This document shows, in pieces, positions 35,363-47,650 of a stretch of 64,000 bases of DNA. The notes below the pieces were generated by a model. It worked only from the letters and a program-made list of their open reading frames with translations. It was not told the origin of the DNA and searched no databases. This stretch comes from Macrostomum lignano (lineage: Eukaryota), in assembly GCA_002269645.1 (NCBI GenBank), contig NIVC01000860.1, positions 186,001 through 250,000 on the forward strand, written 5' to 3'. Both the position numbers and the translations under genes were made by a program. Each line of letters opens with the position of its first letter. Positions within the stretch are counted from its first letter, which is position 1.

Positions 35363-38300
35363 TCAGGCATTTTTATTGGACTTTTTCTGCATCATCTTCA
35401 GCATCTGTGGAGGATAATTTATCTCGGATTTTAATCGCTGCTTTGCAGCTTCAGCAGCGGTGGCAGAGCTGGCGGTGGAGGCGGTGGCAGTCGCGACAGA
35501 GACAGTTGATGTCGAAGCGGCGGAAGCTGTAGAAGCCGCGGCGGTGGCCAGTTGTGTATCGCCCAATGCCGTACAAGTTGCGTCCAGAGTAGCCGAGAAT
35601 TCGGCCTCATCGTGTCGCTGCCGGATCAGCTGCAGTTCGAGTTCGGCCACGCGCTGCTCCGAAGCCTCCAGCTGAGCGCGCAGCTGGGCAGTCTGCCTGC
35701 TGTACTCCAGCTTGGTGTTGCGCAGGCTGCAGCACTCCAGCTCGCGAGAGCGCAGAGCTTCCTGGCATTCGGCTAGGCGAGCTTCCAGCGTTACGCCGCG
35801 ACCCTGCGCAGCCGCCGAGGCCTGCAGAAGCGACGATGCGGAAGATGCGGCGGGTGCGGCCGCGGAATTGAAGCCGCAGGTGCGCTCGAAGGTGCGAAGT
35901 ACGCTGGCGCTCTGCAGCTTATTGGCGTTCTGGGATACTTCCAGCAGTTGCACCTGTTCATGGGGGGTAGGGATATCTTTATTGCCCTCGGACTTGGGAC
36001 TAGCACTATGGATGTAAGACAGCAATTTAAGAAACATGTTTTGGTAATTAGAGGATAATTCCTTGTGATTTAGGATTAGGGATAATCCTACTGTATAAAA
36101 GTTGGAAGGTCACTTTTTTACTATGTGACCGTTTGTGACTTTCATTTGACCCTTAGAGCAATTTATGAGGCTTAACTTGCAACATTCACCAAATGCTGAG
36201 CTGTTGATTATTTTTATTCCAGTATCACTTTCAGACCATAATTTTTTATTCTGGTGTGAAGTTGCACTATTTCACTATTAGTAAAGAAAAATGTAAAAAA
36301 AAACATTTCTAATGTCAAAGTTCGGCTTGACAAACTTTATGAACCCTATCTATGGAAATTTGTGATTTGTTATATGCTATAACGTCGACATCTTGAACTG
36401 CTGTACATTCTTGTACGTATCTTCAGTATTTAGGCGCGCAACTATGCAGCTTTACCTAGTTGTATTTGAGCATCTGCAAGGCAGCAGAAAGCCACGAAAA
36501 GCCGCTCTGCAATTTTGTGGCCTCTGGACCCGTCGACGTATTTCGCATATCCTCTGGCTTGTCAACCACCTCAAAATGGATTTTGCACAGACGGCATTAT
36601 TTAACAACAATAATTTTTATTGCAATCTGACAGACACTATAATGCTTAGCAATATGAAGCCTGCCAAACGCGACAACCACTTGGGTGTCATGCCTATTTC
36701 ACTGCTTTCTTGCAGGGCTTCGACACTTACAAGGAACTCCACCCTGTTAGCTGCAACAGATGTTAGTCGGTTGAATTTGTATTGAATTGAATGTGTAGTG
36801 ACTGGCTGCTAACTGGCCATTCAGCAGCATTCACTAGTTTTCCTTAAGAGCTCTGTGTTCCGCTGCACAGCAGCTCAGTCCACCTGACCTAGAGAGAGAC
36901 ACCCTGTGCTGGGCCTAAGTGTTTACTGCCCGATGACTCATCGCCTGAGCGGGCGCGGGCAGCCACACTCAATGTCTTCCCACTCGCGCTGAGGAGGCGT
37001 TGCAGGATGACTCATCACCTGCGCGGAGTATAATGGCTGCCTAGAGGGAGTAAACAGGATGACTCATCCGCCCATGTTCTATTTTTAGCACAGAAAAAGC
37101 ACGTGACTATGCACGCTAGTTGTGCGTGGCAGCTGACCTTGAGTCACACTACGGCGGCGTGACAGGGTTGCCTTATTTGGAAGTTGGCCTTGAGTCACAC
37201 ATCTCTTGCATGACTCGGACGGCCAAATAAGGAAGTTTCACGCGCTCACTGCATGAAACTTACGTGACTTTTGGGGGTCCGCTCGGCTATAAATACAGAG
37301 CATCTGGACTACAGAGCATTCACTAGCTTCCCTTAAGAGTGCTGTGATCCGCTGCACAGTATCTCAGTCCACCTGAGCTAGTGAGAGAGTTACCCTGTGC
37401 TGGGCCTAAGTGTTTACTGCCCGATGACTCATCGCCTGAGCGGGCGCGGGCAGCCACACTCAATGTCTTCCCACTCGCGCTGAGGAGGCGTTGCAGGATG
37501 ACTCATCACCTGCGCGGAGTATAATGGCTGCCTAGAGGGAGTAAACAGGATGACTCATCCGCCCATGTTCTATTTTTAGCACAGAATAAGCACGTGACTG
37601 TGCACGCACGCTGTGCGTGGCCACTGACCTTGAGTCACGCCACTGCTGCGTGACAGGGTTGCCTTATTTGGAAGTTGGCCTTGAATCACGCGTCGTTCGC
37701 ATGATTTCAATGCCCAAATAAGGAAGTTTCACGCGCTCACCGCATGAAACTCACGTGACTTTTGGGGGTCCGCTCGGCTATAAATACGGAGTATCTGAGA
37801 GCCGTTTTTCTCCAGATCGTGAGCCGCGTTCGGGAGCTTCCTAGATTGGAGCTGCCACTGCCTCCGAGCTCTCCTCTCTCATTTCAGGTTTTACAGGTTT
37901 TCAGGTTCGAGCAGCTTTTACTAAGATGATTGACTGTTGAGACATTTTTCAGATTTGCCTTTGCTCCGAGCGACTTTGTTAATTTTCTTTCAGGTGACGG
38001 ATAGACAACTCTGTCGACGCGTCGAGTCCGCACACCAAGGTGGCAGCAACCCTACCAAGTAACGGCAACGTTTTAGGTTCATTTTCAGGCAAATCGATAG
38101 GTAGTACTGCGGTGCTATCTAGCTTCTTCAGGAGCAGCGGGTTCTATTTTCTAGGAACATCTTCGAGAACCCGAGAAGGAGAAGTACTTCACTCGTATAT
38201 CGCAAATGTAGTTTCATTCGTAGCTGCCGTATCATCGTCAAGTACAATATCTGTATTTTTTCTGTTTTTTTACTATGTTAGTAGTATATAGTGTACAATA

Positions 38301-41300
38301 CATTTCTATACTGCTTGATTAGTTATTATTGATTTATAGCTTATTTCATATGCTGTATCAATGGCTTTCATGATGAGAGCAATTTTCAGCTGTTTATTTC
38401 ACGTTTTTAGGCGAGTATACAAGCATATGCACTGTGCCCAACATAGTTTGAATTGGCAATTAAACACTATAAAATGTAAACTTTGTAAAGATTAGTAATT
38501 GAAAACTACATTTTAATGACCATATTGACAAGTTAAAAAAATTAGATATGATTGGTTGCCATCTTGTTTGTAATTCACTAAGCAATCAAGCATATATAGC
38601 AAGGCCCCACAGCAACCAGTCAGTCCTTATCCGTTTTAGCTTATTCACAGTTCAAAAACCATTTCAGTTTACTGCGCTATGTCTAACGCAGCAACAACTG
38701 TCAGAAAGCTAGCGAGCGCAAAAAGCGACAGAGGCAGAAGTTCTGCAGCAGGAGCCGACGAGCAGTAAGAGTAGCATGTCGTCGGAGTCCTCCGTTAACA
38801 AGTCCACCACTTGGTGAGTGGTAGAGTACCGAGCAATGGATAGCGGTAGGATGTGCATAATCAATTTCTGCTGTGTTATCCTGGAAGCTGCTAAACGGAA
38901 CACCTTGATCGTTAATGATAGCGTAGCAATGATACCCAGCAAGACGTGAAAGATATATTGCGTCTGATTTTTTAAGGGGCTGTTCAAGGCCAAGACGGCC
39001 GCGGACAACGCTGCACGTGCGTGTCTTGCAGTACCAGCTGGGTAATTAGCGTCGTTGGGTACCGCGATGTCTTCATCGGCGATTTGTCAGGAATAGGACG
39101 GGAGAATTACAGTCTGTCAAAAGAGAGCCTGCTGAATCAGCTGGAAAACAGCCAAGCGAATAAAGAAGGTTGCAGAGCAAGTAGGACACGACTGAAGAAA
39201 AAATAAACGAGCTGAAGACGGTAGCTCAGCTACAGTCAGCTGAGGAGTCATCGTCGCAAAATGTCTTTCTTTACGCTCGCAGAAGCTCTAACTGCCGCTA
39301 TAACGAGCATTGCTGTCGGTTCAATTGAAAGAGGTCTGAAAGAGGTTTAGTAATCAATCTCACAAATATGCCACCAGCAACTGTTAACAGCATTTCGGCT
39401 GCTGCTGACCTGCAGTCCCGCTCGTCATCTGTCTAAGCATCGGCACCCACTGTCGCATTGTGCCAACGCTTTCCAAGTGTTTTACTTGGCATCGCCAACT
39501 ACCAGACCGTTTCTGCTACAAAGAAGGGGGCCATTCAGACCTTCGTCAAAGGTCGGGGTTGCCCGGACCAAAACAATGTTAAGATCCGATATTTGTTGAA
39601 GACCTTCCGGCACGGAGCCCATAGGCGAAACCCGAGCAGCGGACGCTAGTACGAACAAGATGGGTTCGCCACGCGCGCAGAGGACCGCCACAGAATTATC
39701 AAGAGAATAAAAGATCAAAATCAAAACCTCCTATCGGACACAGTCCAAAGACCATCATCATCTACGACCTTAACAGCCATCGACACAACAAGCGCGTGAA
39801 ATGGAGCCCAATAAAAAAGAAAGCATTAATTGGCAAGGCATGCACGATGCAGAAACAACGTTGAAAGTACGAGTAGAAATGGAGAAACGCCTTGAAATGA
39901 TATAAGGGGCAACAATCAGCTCAAACATCCCATCGTCGAGGCAAGACCTGCAGTCGATCATAACCGAAAGTGCAAGAAAGATTTGCGGCACACGGAGAAA
40001 ACAAGATGGGAAAGCCAACAATAAAATTGCAATGAGCCAACCGAGAACACGAAGCCCTCTCAGGAACGCGCCGATCGCGACAGAGATCGACGACGACCAC
40101 AGACGGCGACATACCCATGCGAGTACCCAGACTGTGGCAAGATCTGCCGGAAAACTTTTAGAAAGGAGGCTACGATGATCGGAGCGAGACAGAGGTGAAC
40201 AACCAACAATGTGCAGTAGTTCAAATGCGACGCTCTGGTGTAGAGGTCAAATCTGGCGCGGCACAGGAGAGCTTGTCAAAGGACGGCGGCAGGGGAAGTC
40301 AGGGCATGTAGGCAGTGGCTAGGAAGTATCGAGCAGCAACAGCAACGTGCTAGGACTGCGGACGGGTGCCGTCCAAGACAAACATGGCCTGGCCAGACAT
40401 CGGAGGACATGTCGAGGCGAGTGATGACTACAGGTGTCCAATGCCCTATAGCACATAGAAGATGACTGAAGAAAAGCGGGATGCCAGAGAAGAGAATCTC
40501 TGATTGAGTAAACTAAGTTTCTGGTATGAAAATACAATATGGAAAAAATTGGACTTGATCATGGAAATTAAGTACGAGTGCAACTTCACTATAACAGGCT
40601 GTTTGTTTGTTTTTTGACACTGTTTTTTTTCTAAAATCAACCCAACACACAAGGGTCACAATCACAGTCTTTTCATCTGATGACGGTCACATTGACGATC
40701 GACCGTTTTTTGACAGAAACTTTAATCTCATCAATCCAATCTTTATTTGGATTAGGGATAATCTTATCTGAAATTGGGATTAGCGATTATCCTACCTGAT
40801 TAGCGATAATCCTATCTGGATTTGGGATTAGCGATAATCCTACCTGTATTTGGATAAGGGATAATCTTATCTGAAATTGGGATTAGCGATAATCCTATCT
40901 GGATTTGGGATTAGCGATAATTCTACTTGTATTTGGGATTAGCGATAATCCTACCTGTATTTGGAATTAGCGATAATCCTATCTGAATTTGGGATTAGCG
41001 ATAATCCTATCTGGATTTTGGATTGGGGATAAGTACCCCTATAAAAAATAGGGATAAATATCCCTAAGATGCGGAAGAATGCGGATAAGTACATAACTTT
41101 TGGGATTTTAGAGTTATAATACATTTTAAAATTGACCTTTCGCTGCAGCGCCTCGATCTGCTGCCGGCTCCATGCCGCCTCCTGCTCCAAGTCGGCCACG
41201 TACTGAGCATTGTAGGCTGGCCGGGCGCGCTCTCGCATCCTGGCGGCGAACAGGCAACGCATCTCGGCAGCCTCGGCGTCCTTCTTCGCCAGCCGATCGC

Positions 41301-43801
41301 GAAGCTGAGCGACGCCTTGCTGCAGTTCAACGACGCGGAGCTCCGCTTTCACCCGACGATCTTCCAGTTCGGCGAACAGCGAGTTGCCGCGCTCCGCCAG
41401 CTGGCGAGCGTCGCCAGCTTCAGCGTCCGTTGACAAGGCGTCGCCGTCGTTAGCTTCCGAGTTGGGCGCGCCGCCTGGACGACCCGCGGCGGCCGCTCGG
41501 AGTCTCTGCTCGTCGACCGCCAAGACGAGGGCCTCGGCCTCGGCTTCTCGTTCGGCGAGGCGGTCGCGCAGCAGCGACGACTCTGCGCGGGCGGCGTCGG
41601 CGGCTTCTTCGGCATCGGCGAGGCGAACGGCCAGCTTGCGCAGCTCCGACTGGGGAAATTTAGAAGATATGATGATGGGATTTTGAGGATGATGATGGGA
41701 TTTTGAAGATATGATTGGAATTTTGAGGATGATGATGGGATTTTGAGGATGATGATGGGATTTCGAGGATGATGATAATTGGATTTTTAGAATGATGATG
41801 GAATTTTATGGATGATGATGGGATTTTGAGGGTGATGATGGGATTTCGAGGATGATGATGGGATTTCGAGGATGATGATAATGGGATTTTTAGAATGATG
41901 ATGGAATTTTATGGATGATGATGGGATTTTGAGGGTGATGATGGGATTTCGAGGATGATGATGGGATTTTGAGGATATGATGGGATTTCGAGGATGATGA
42001 TAATGGGGTTTTGATAATACGATGGGATTTTGATATGGGCGTGTCCTACGGTTTAGGCTACTGGTTTACTGGTTTCTTTTCAATTTGATTAATTTGAGCT
42101 CGGGAGACTCCGGGCTTAAAGCTGGAAGATTTTTTTTAGCTACCTTAAATTGTATGAGTAGTCGTTACTATCTAGGCTATGTTGCTCTACTAATCTGCTA
42201 TTACGTACTTTTATTTGGTAGGTCGCTGCCACAAGACTAATGCCCCTTATAAATTAATGTTAAATTAAAATAAGTGAGACAAGAGTCAGTTTCATATAAG
42301 ATTATTTAGATTAGATAAACAAAAGAAATATTATTAAACCAAATATGCAAAGACAGTACACAATTAATCCCTGTTTTAGCACTTCGGTAGACTCCGATTA
42401 CTTATTTAGACCAATGGTAGACTCCTTTAGTCTTTTCTTATGTTACCTGATTTATAATCCTATTCTCGGTAGACTCCGTTTTTGACTAAGTGGTAGACTC
42501 CTTCTTAGCCTCCCTATTTTACCCCTTAGAATTTTATCCTTAACTTACCCTTGATTTCTTTAAGCTTCTGTAATAAATTTTGAAAGGGAGTCTCCCTTAT
42601 TTTCTATTCTAGAATTGAGATCTTTGTCTCTATAAATAATGTCCTGATGGACGGTCCTGAACGGATGCTTTTCCCGAGGCTAAACAGCCTTTTACTAATA
42701 GAGGAACCCGCTAATACTCGAATTCCCACAACTTCGACTACTTTCCCGAGGGTGAACTACTATCAGTAGTGTAAAAGCAAAACTGCTTATTCTCGATTTT
42801 AAAAAGCTGAAGTAAAATGACTTGGCGAATCAGAACCCTTGGCAAACGCCTTTAGCAAAACTGCTTGAACTAAACCCCCCTACTACAATTTTAATAATAT
42901 GATGAGATTTTGAGGATAATGGTGATAAGATGTGAGGATTTATGATGTGATTTTGGGGATTGATGAGATTCTAAGGCAGGGGTCTGCAAATCCGGCCTGC
43001 TCAAGGTTTATCACTTTTCAGCTCTCTTCTCCATTCTCTCATCTCTGCCCTCTTTTTTCTTTTCTCCCTCTCCTCTCTAGCTACAAGATTATTATCGTAC
43101 ATACGCGACGCTTTAAAAAGTGATTTAATTTAGATTTGTTTTCTGTCCTAATACTAAATCTAAATAATCAGAGTATTAGTTTGGCAGCATTCGCTTTTAC
43201 CCACCTTATAAGTCAGCTCCTGCTCATAGCGGTCTCGCAGTGCTTCCTCCTCTGCGTCGCGGGCAGCGGCCAGCGCCTCCTTGACCTCGGCCAGCTGCGA
43301 GCGGAGCAACGACACCGTCGAGTCGGTTGCGGCCGTCGCCGAGGTTGGATTAGCCGCAGTCACCTGAGTTGTAGCAGATGCCGATGTGCTGGATGACGCG
43401 GCGACTGTCTCCTTGCCAGTCACGCTGGCTGACTCAGCCGGTGTTTGCGGCGAGCTGCCAGCGGAAGCGGCGGCGGCAGCAGCGGCGGCAGCGTTGGCCT
43501 GTTTCAGCTCCGCAGCCAGCGCTTTCCGAGCTCGCTCGAGTTCGTCTAACTCGGAGGCGTAGTGCGACTCCATTTGGCGGGCAATTTTAAGGCCGCCATT
43601 TAGTTCGTGATTCTCCTGCTCAAGTGAGCAGCAGCGACCGTTCAGGTCGGCCAGCTGCCTCTGCAGGCGGCTGCAGACCGCCCGCTTGTGCTGTAGATTC
43701 TCCTCCAGCTCCTGGCGGCTCAAGCAGTCCGGGCTGCCTTTGTTTGGCGTGTCCGCCTCCAGTGGGGAAGGCAGCATCTCAGTGCTGGTTGCTGCAATCA
43801 T
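35363..43801 (-). CDS. SPDL1: Spindly-like coiled-coil dynein/dynactin adaptor, ~560 aa; exons ~43801/43777-43205, 41649-41137, 35953-35363
   Basis: Contains the Spindly motif GNSLFAELEDRR. SLEQENHELN...MESH resembles Spindly CC1. All junctions are phase 0 GT-AG, and the length is similar to animal Spindly. BICDR-type adaptors share the motif, so orthology is not certain. Confidence 0.7.
36826..37800 (+). promoter_or_regulatory. Two tandem 491-bp direct repeats, each with clustered AP-1 sites, two CArG boxes, an E-box and a TATA box
   Basis: TGACTCA/TGAGTCA at 36934, ~37008, ~37060, ~37140, ~37190 (offset +491 in copy 2, last site mutated). CCTTATTTGG and CCAAATAAGG, CACGTG, and TATAAATA at 37288 and 37779. 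Confidence 0.7.
39770..40170 (+). mobile_element. Highly degraded fragment resembling an RLE-type (HERO/NeSL-like) non-LTR retrotransposon ORF
   Basis: Frameshifted KRVKW/PNKKESINWQ...EKRLEMI and a partial Cys motif YPCEYPDCGKIC; no RT motifs seen. Confidence 0.3.
40740..41030. repeat. ~30-bp intronic minisatellite (gggattagcgataatcctatctggattt)
   Basis: Read directly; a related unit occurs at 36068-36095. Confidence 0.88.
41665..42030. repeat. ~21-bp intronic minisatellite (gatgatgatgggattttgag)
   Basis: Read directly; it resumes in degenerate form at 42895-42970. Confidence 0.88.
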
Positions 43802-44739
43802 TATTGGACATGCAAGCTGTACAAGATATCCAGACTTGAATGGCAAACTAAAAATATGCAATCTGACACCTTCGCTCTGTGGCCACTTGAGACTGGCAGA
43901 GATATATACTACCATTGCTGTTTGCTTTCTAGCTGCTGTATAGCATCAAATGATATACATGTATCTTATGTAGCTACAGATATGGCTACGGGAAGTTACA
44001 GTATATAGAGGTTTTTCAGCAAAGCATACAGATATGGATATCGTTACAGGTACTCTCATACTTCACATATTTAGTTCCCATCTAGCAATACCACTCAACT
44101 GAGAATTGAAAGACCACTGGAGCTATCACTTTGATAGGGTTAAGGTCATACATGCGCAACTTCTGAAATTACGCTGGCCGTGCGACTTAGTTTTCGATAA
44201 AAAATGCGACTTACCTATGAAAGAGCCAAGCAAAAACTTTAGGTAAACGGCAGGAGTAACTATGACCATATTTTTAAAGCTAAATGCCTCGCCAGCTTTA
44301 GTGCTGCGTGCAGATTCCGCGTTTTTATAACAGCTAATCAGTATGTCATCTAGTGGCGGCATGAAGCAATTGGTAAATTGTCAGTACAGTGTAGTGAGCA
44401 TACTACAAAAGTCATGATTCATAAATGTCCAGAAGTAAGTGAAGTGAATACAGTGTGACCTATAGCTCAAGAACGATTTGCTAGACGATTTGGCATGGAA
44501 GATGAGAGCCCTGATTCAGATGGCTCATCAGATGCAGAATACGAATCCAGTAGAGATACAAGCTGTGAAAACCCACAGATTTTTAAACCACTGAATTCTA
44601 ATTCCCGGAACTATTTTTGCATAGATTCTAAATTTGAAGTCATGCTCAAACAAAAACTTGTTAACAGTTAGGAAAAAGGCAAAGATGGGAGTAATGCATG
44701 TTAAACTAAGATTTGAGGCCTTTGCAAATTCTCTCCATT

Positions 44740-45410
44740 CCTCAATCTTCTCATCCTCTTTTTCTTTTCTCTCTCATCCCTTATCCCTTCTCTCTTTCCT
44801 CTCCTCTCTCCTCTCTTTCCTCTCCTCTCCTATCTCTTCTGTCTCCTCTCTACATTCTTATCTCTCCTCTTGTCTCTCTCCATTCCACTCTACTCTCTCA
44901 TCTTATCTTCCCTCTCGTCTCTCTCCACTCTACTCTCTCATCTTATCTCTCCTCTCTTTTCTACTCTCTCATCTCTCCTCTCTTCACTCTCCTCTCATCT
45001 CCTCTTTATCCTCTCTTCTCTCATCTACTCTCTCCTCTTTCCTCTTTCCTCTCTTCTGATCTTATCCATCATCTTTTCTTTCCTCTTTTCTCTCATCTCC
45101 TCTTCTCTCTCATCTCTTTTTCCTCCCTCAGCTTTTCTCTCCTCTTCTATCTTTTCTCCCATCGCATCGCTCGCCTCTCCTCTGTTTGCTTATCTCTAAT
45201 CTTCTATTCCCTCTACTTTGAAGTAAGAAAATATGCACATATTTTTGCTGAAGATAAGAGGAGAGAAGAGGGCATTGAGGAGAAAGGGTAGAGAGAAAGG
45301 GGGAGAAGAGAGGAGAGTAAAAATGAGAGGAGAGAGAAGAGGGAAAAGGGGGAGAGAGAGAAGAGGGGAGGCAAGGTAGAGAAGAAGAGAGAGATGAGAG
45401 TTGAAGAGAC
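44740..45410. repeat. CT-rich then GA-rich low-complexity tract
   Basis: Read directly. Confidence 0.85.
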
Positions 45411-45639
45411 ACCAACCTTGCTACTCGTAGTTAGGAAGTTTCAAAGAACCCGAGGGGCGAGGGCCAGATAGAGGGGCTTCGCGAGCCGGAGTTTGCCAAC
45501 CCCTGCTCCAGAGTTTAAGAAATGACGCGGGCTTCTGATTTCAAAGATCTTGTCTGTGGTTGAAGGCTTCTATTCTGTTTTTGCTCTCCTGCCACACTTG
45601 CACCTACTACCCCCTGATTGCCTCTGATTGTGACTTACT

Positions 45640-46790
45640 TCCCTCTTATTGCGACTTAGTTGCTTCTTTTTGCGACTTACCTAATCCTTTTTGCGACTTA
45701 CTTAATCCTTTTTGCGACTTACCTAATCCTTTTGCGACTTACCTAACCCTTTTGCGACTTACCTAATCCTTTTTGCGACTTACTTAATCCTTTTTGCGAC
45801 TTACTTAATCCTTTTGCGACTTACCTAACCCTTTGCGACTTACCTAACCCTTTGTGACTTACCTAATCCTTTTTGCGACTTACCTAATCCTTTTTGCGAC
45901 TTACTTAATCCTTTTTGCGACTTACCTAATCCTTTTGCGACTTACCTAACCCTTTTGCGACTTACCTAACCCTTTGCGACTTACCTAACCCTTTGTGACT
46001 TACCTAATCCTTTTTGCGACTTACCTAATCCTTTTTGCGACTTACTTAATCCTTTTTGCGACTTACCTAATCCTTTTGCGACTTACCTAACCCTTTTGCG
46101 ACTTACCTAATTCTTTTTGCGACTTACTTAATCCTTTTTGCGACTTACCTAATCCTTTTTGCGACTTACCTAATCCTTTTTGCGACTTACCTAATCCTTT
46201 TTGCGACTTACCTAATCCTTTTTGCGACTTACCTAACCCTTTGTGACTTAGCTAATCCTTTTTGCGACTTACCTAACCCTTTGTGACTTACCTAATCCTT
46301 TTTGCGACTTACCTAATCCTTTTTGCGACTTACCTAATCCTTTTTGCGACTTACTTAATCCTTTTGCGACTTACCTAACCCTTTGTGACTTACCTAATCC
46401 TTTTTGCGACTTACCTAATCCTTTTTGCGACTTACCTAATCCTTTTGCGACTTAGCTGATCCTTTTTGTGACTTACCTAATCCTTTTTGCGACTTACCTA
46501 ATCCTTTTTGGGACTTACCTAATCCTTTTTGCGACTTACCTAACCCTTTTGCGACTTACCTGATTCCTGTTGCGACTTACCTAATCCTTTTTGCGACTTA
46601 CTTAATCCTTTTTGCGACTTACCTAATCCTTTTTGCGACTTACCTAATCCTTTTTGCGACTTACCTAATCCTTTTTGGGACTTACCTAATCCTTTTTGCG
46701 ACTTACCTAACCCTTTTGCGACTTACCTGATTCCTGTTGCGACTTACCTGATCCTTTTTGCGACTTACCTGAATATTTTTACAACTTAGT
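45640..46790. repeat. 20-22-bp minisatellite (tttttgcgacttacctaatcc), ~50 copies
   Basis: Read directly. Confidence 0.96.
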
Positions 46791-47029
46791 TTGCTTCTTT
46801 TGCGAATTGTTTTTCTTTTGCTTCATTATTTTCCCTGAACTGCTCTTTTTTTCGCTTTCCTCTTGCCTTTCTTGGTTCTTGTGTTTTTCTGTTTTTGGTT
46901 GACTCAATTTTGCGACTTACCCCTGGTCAGCCACGATTTACGGTGGCCGGATCGGCCAGGTCGGCCAGCAGTTGCGCATGTATGGTTAAGGTAGTAGAAG
47001 TCAATGTATGTTGCCAGTTTCAAAGTGAG

Positions 47030-47650
47030 AGGAACTTTTAGGTCCCTAGAATTGAGGATTAGGATAGAACAGGATGGAACATTAGGATGGAACATAGATT
47101 ATTAATGCCATGTCCACATTGCGGTTGGGTGGTATTAGCTAAAGTTAAAACAATTTTTTTTCACTTTTAAAGGGGAGCTCTTATGTCCCTGCATTGGGGA
47201 CTTAGCAACAGAAAGTTTTGGTGCCACATGCTTGATATAGTTGGGTGGTGTGAGGGGGGGGGGCTAATGTTAAGATGAATGTTTTCACTTTCAATGCAGG
47301 GAAGCTCTGAAGTCCCTGGGTTGGGGACGTAAACAATAGAGTTTTGATGTCACATGAACATTGGGATTGGGTGGTGGGGCTAAATTAAAGATGAATGTTT
47401 TCACTTTCAATGTGAAGGCTAAGGGGAGCTCTTTTTAAGTTACTAGAATTAGGGACTTAAGCAACAAAGACAAATGTTTGACTCTATATGCATATTGAGG
47501 TTCAAATAAGGGGGGGGGGGTTAAAGTTAAGATATGTTTTTGCTTTCAATATAAAGGGAGCTTTAAGTCCCTGGGATCGGGACTCAAACAACACATTTTC
47601 GACACTATATACACATTTTGGTTGGGATAGTGGGGGCATAAGTTAAGATA
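47030..47650. repeat. Degenerate ~130-bp tandem repeat, ~5 copies
   Basis: gtccct...gggact...gggtggtggggg...gttaagat...ttttcactttcaat recurs at ~47041, 47183, 47311, 47437 and 47566. Confidence 0.65.

Larger units (their letters stand above)
44144..46985. mobile_element. Candidate TTAA-flanked non-autonomous DNA transposon (piggyBac/Kolobok-like) containing an internal satellite
   Basis: TTAA|ggtcatacatgcgcaact ... agttgcgcatgtatgg|TTAA. An acidic fragment RFARRFGMEDESPDSDGSSDAEY near the left end resembles piggyBac N-termini. Confidence 0.4.

Noticed and set aside
40670-40720. Hammerhead-ribozyme-like CTGATGA-cGGTC...GACC
   Set aside because: The required GAAA after stem II is GTTT, and no stems I/III or cleavage triplet could be built. 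Other CTGATGA hits (47735, 44526 minus) also lack the core.
42977-45504. hAT-like ends (caggggtctgcaaa / tttgccaacccctg) bracketing Spindly exon 1 as one captured-exon element
   Set aside because: The flanking 8-mers differ (ttctaagg vs ctccagag), so these are more likely two independent hAT fragments.
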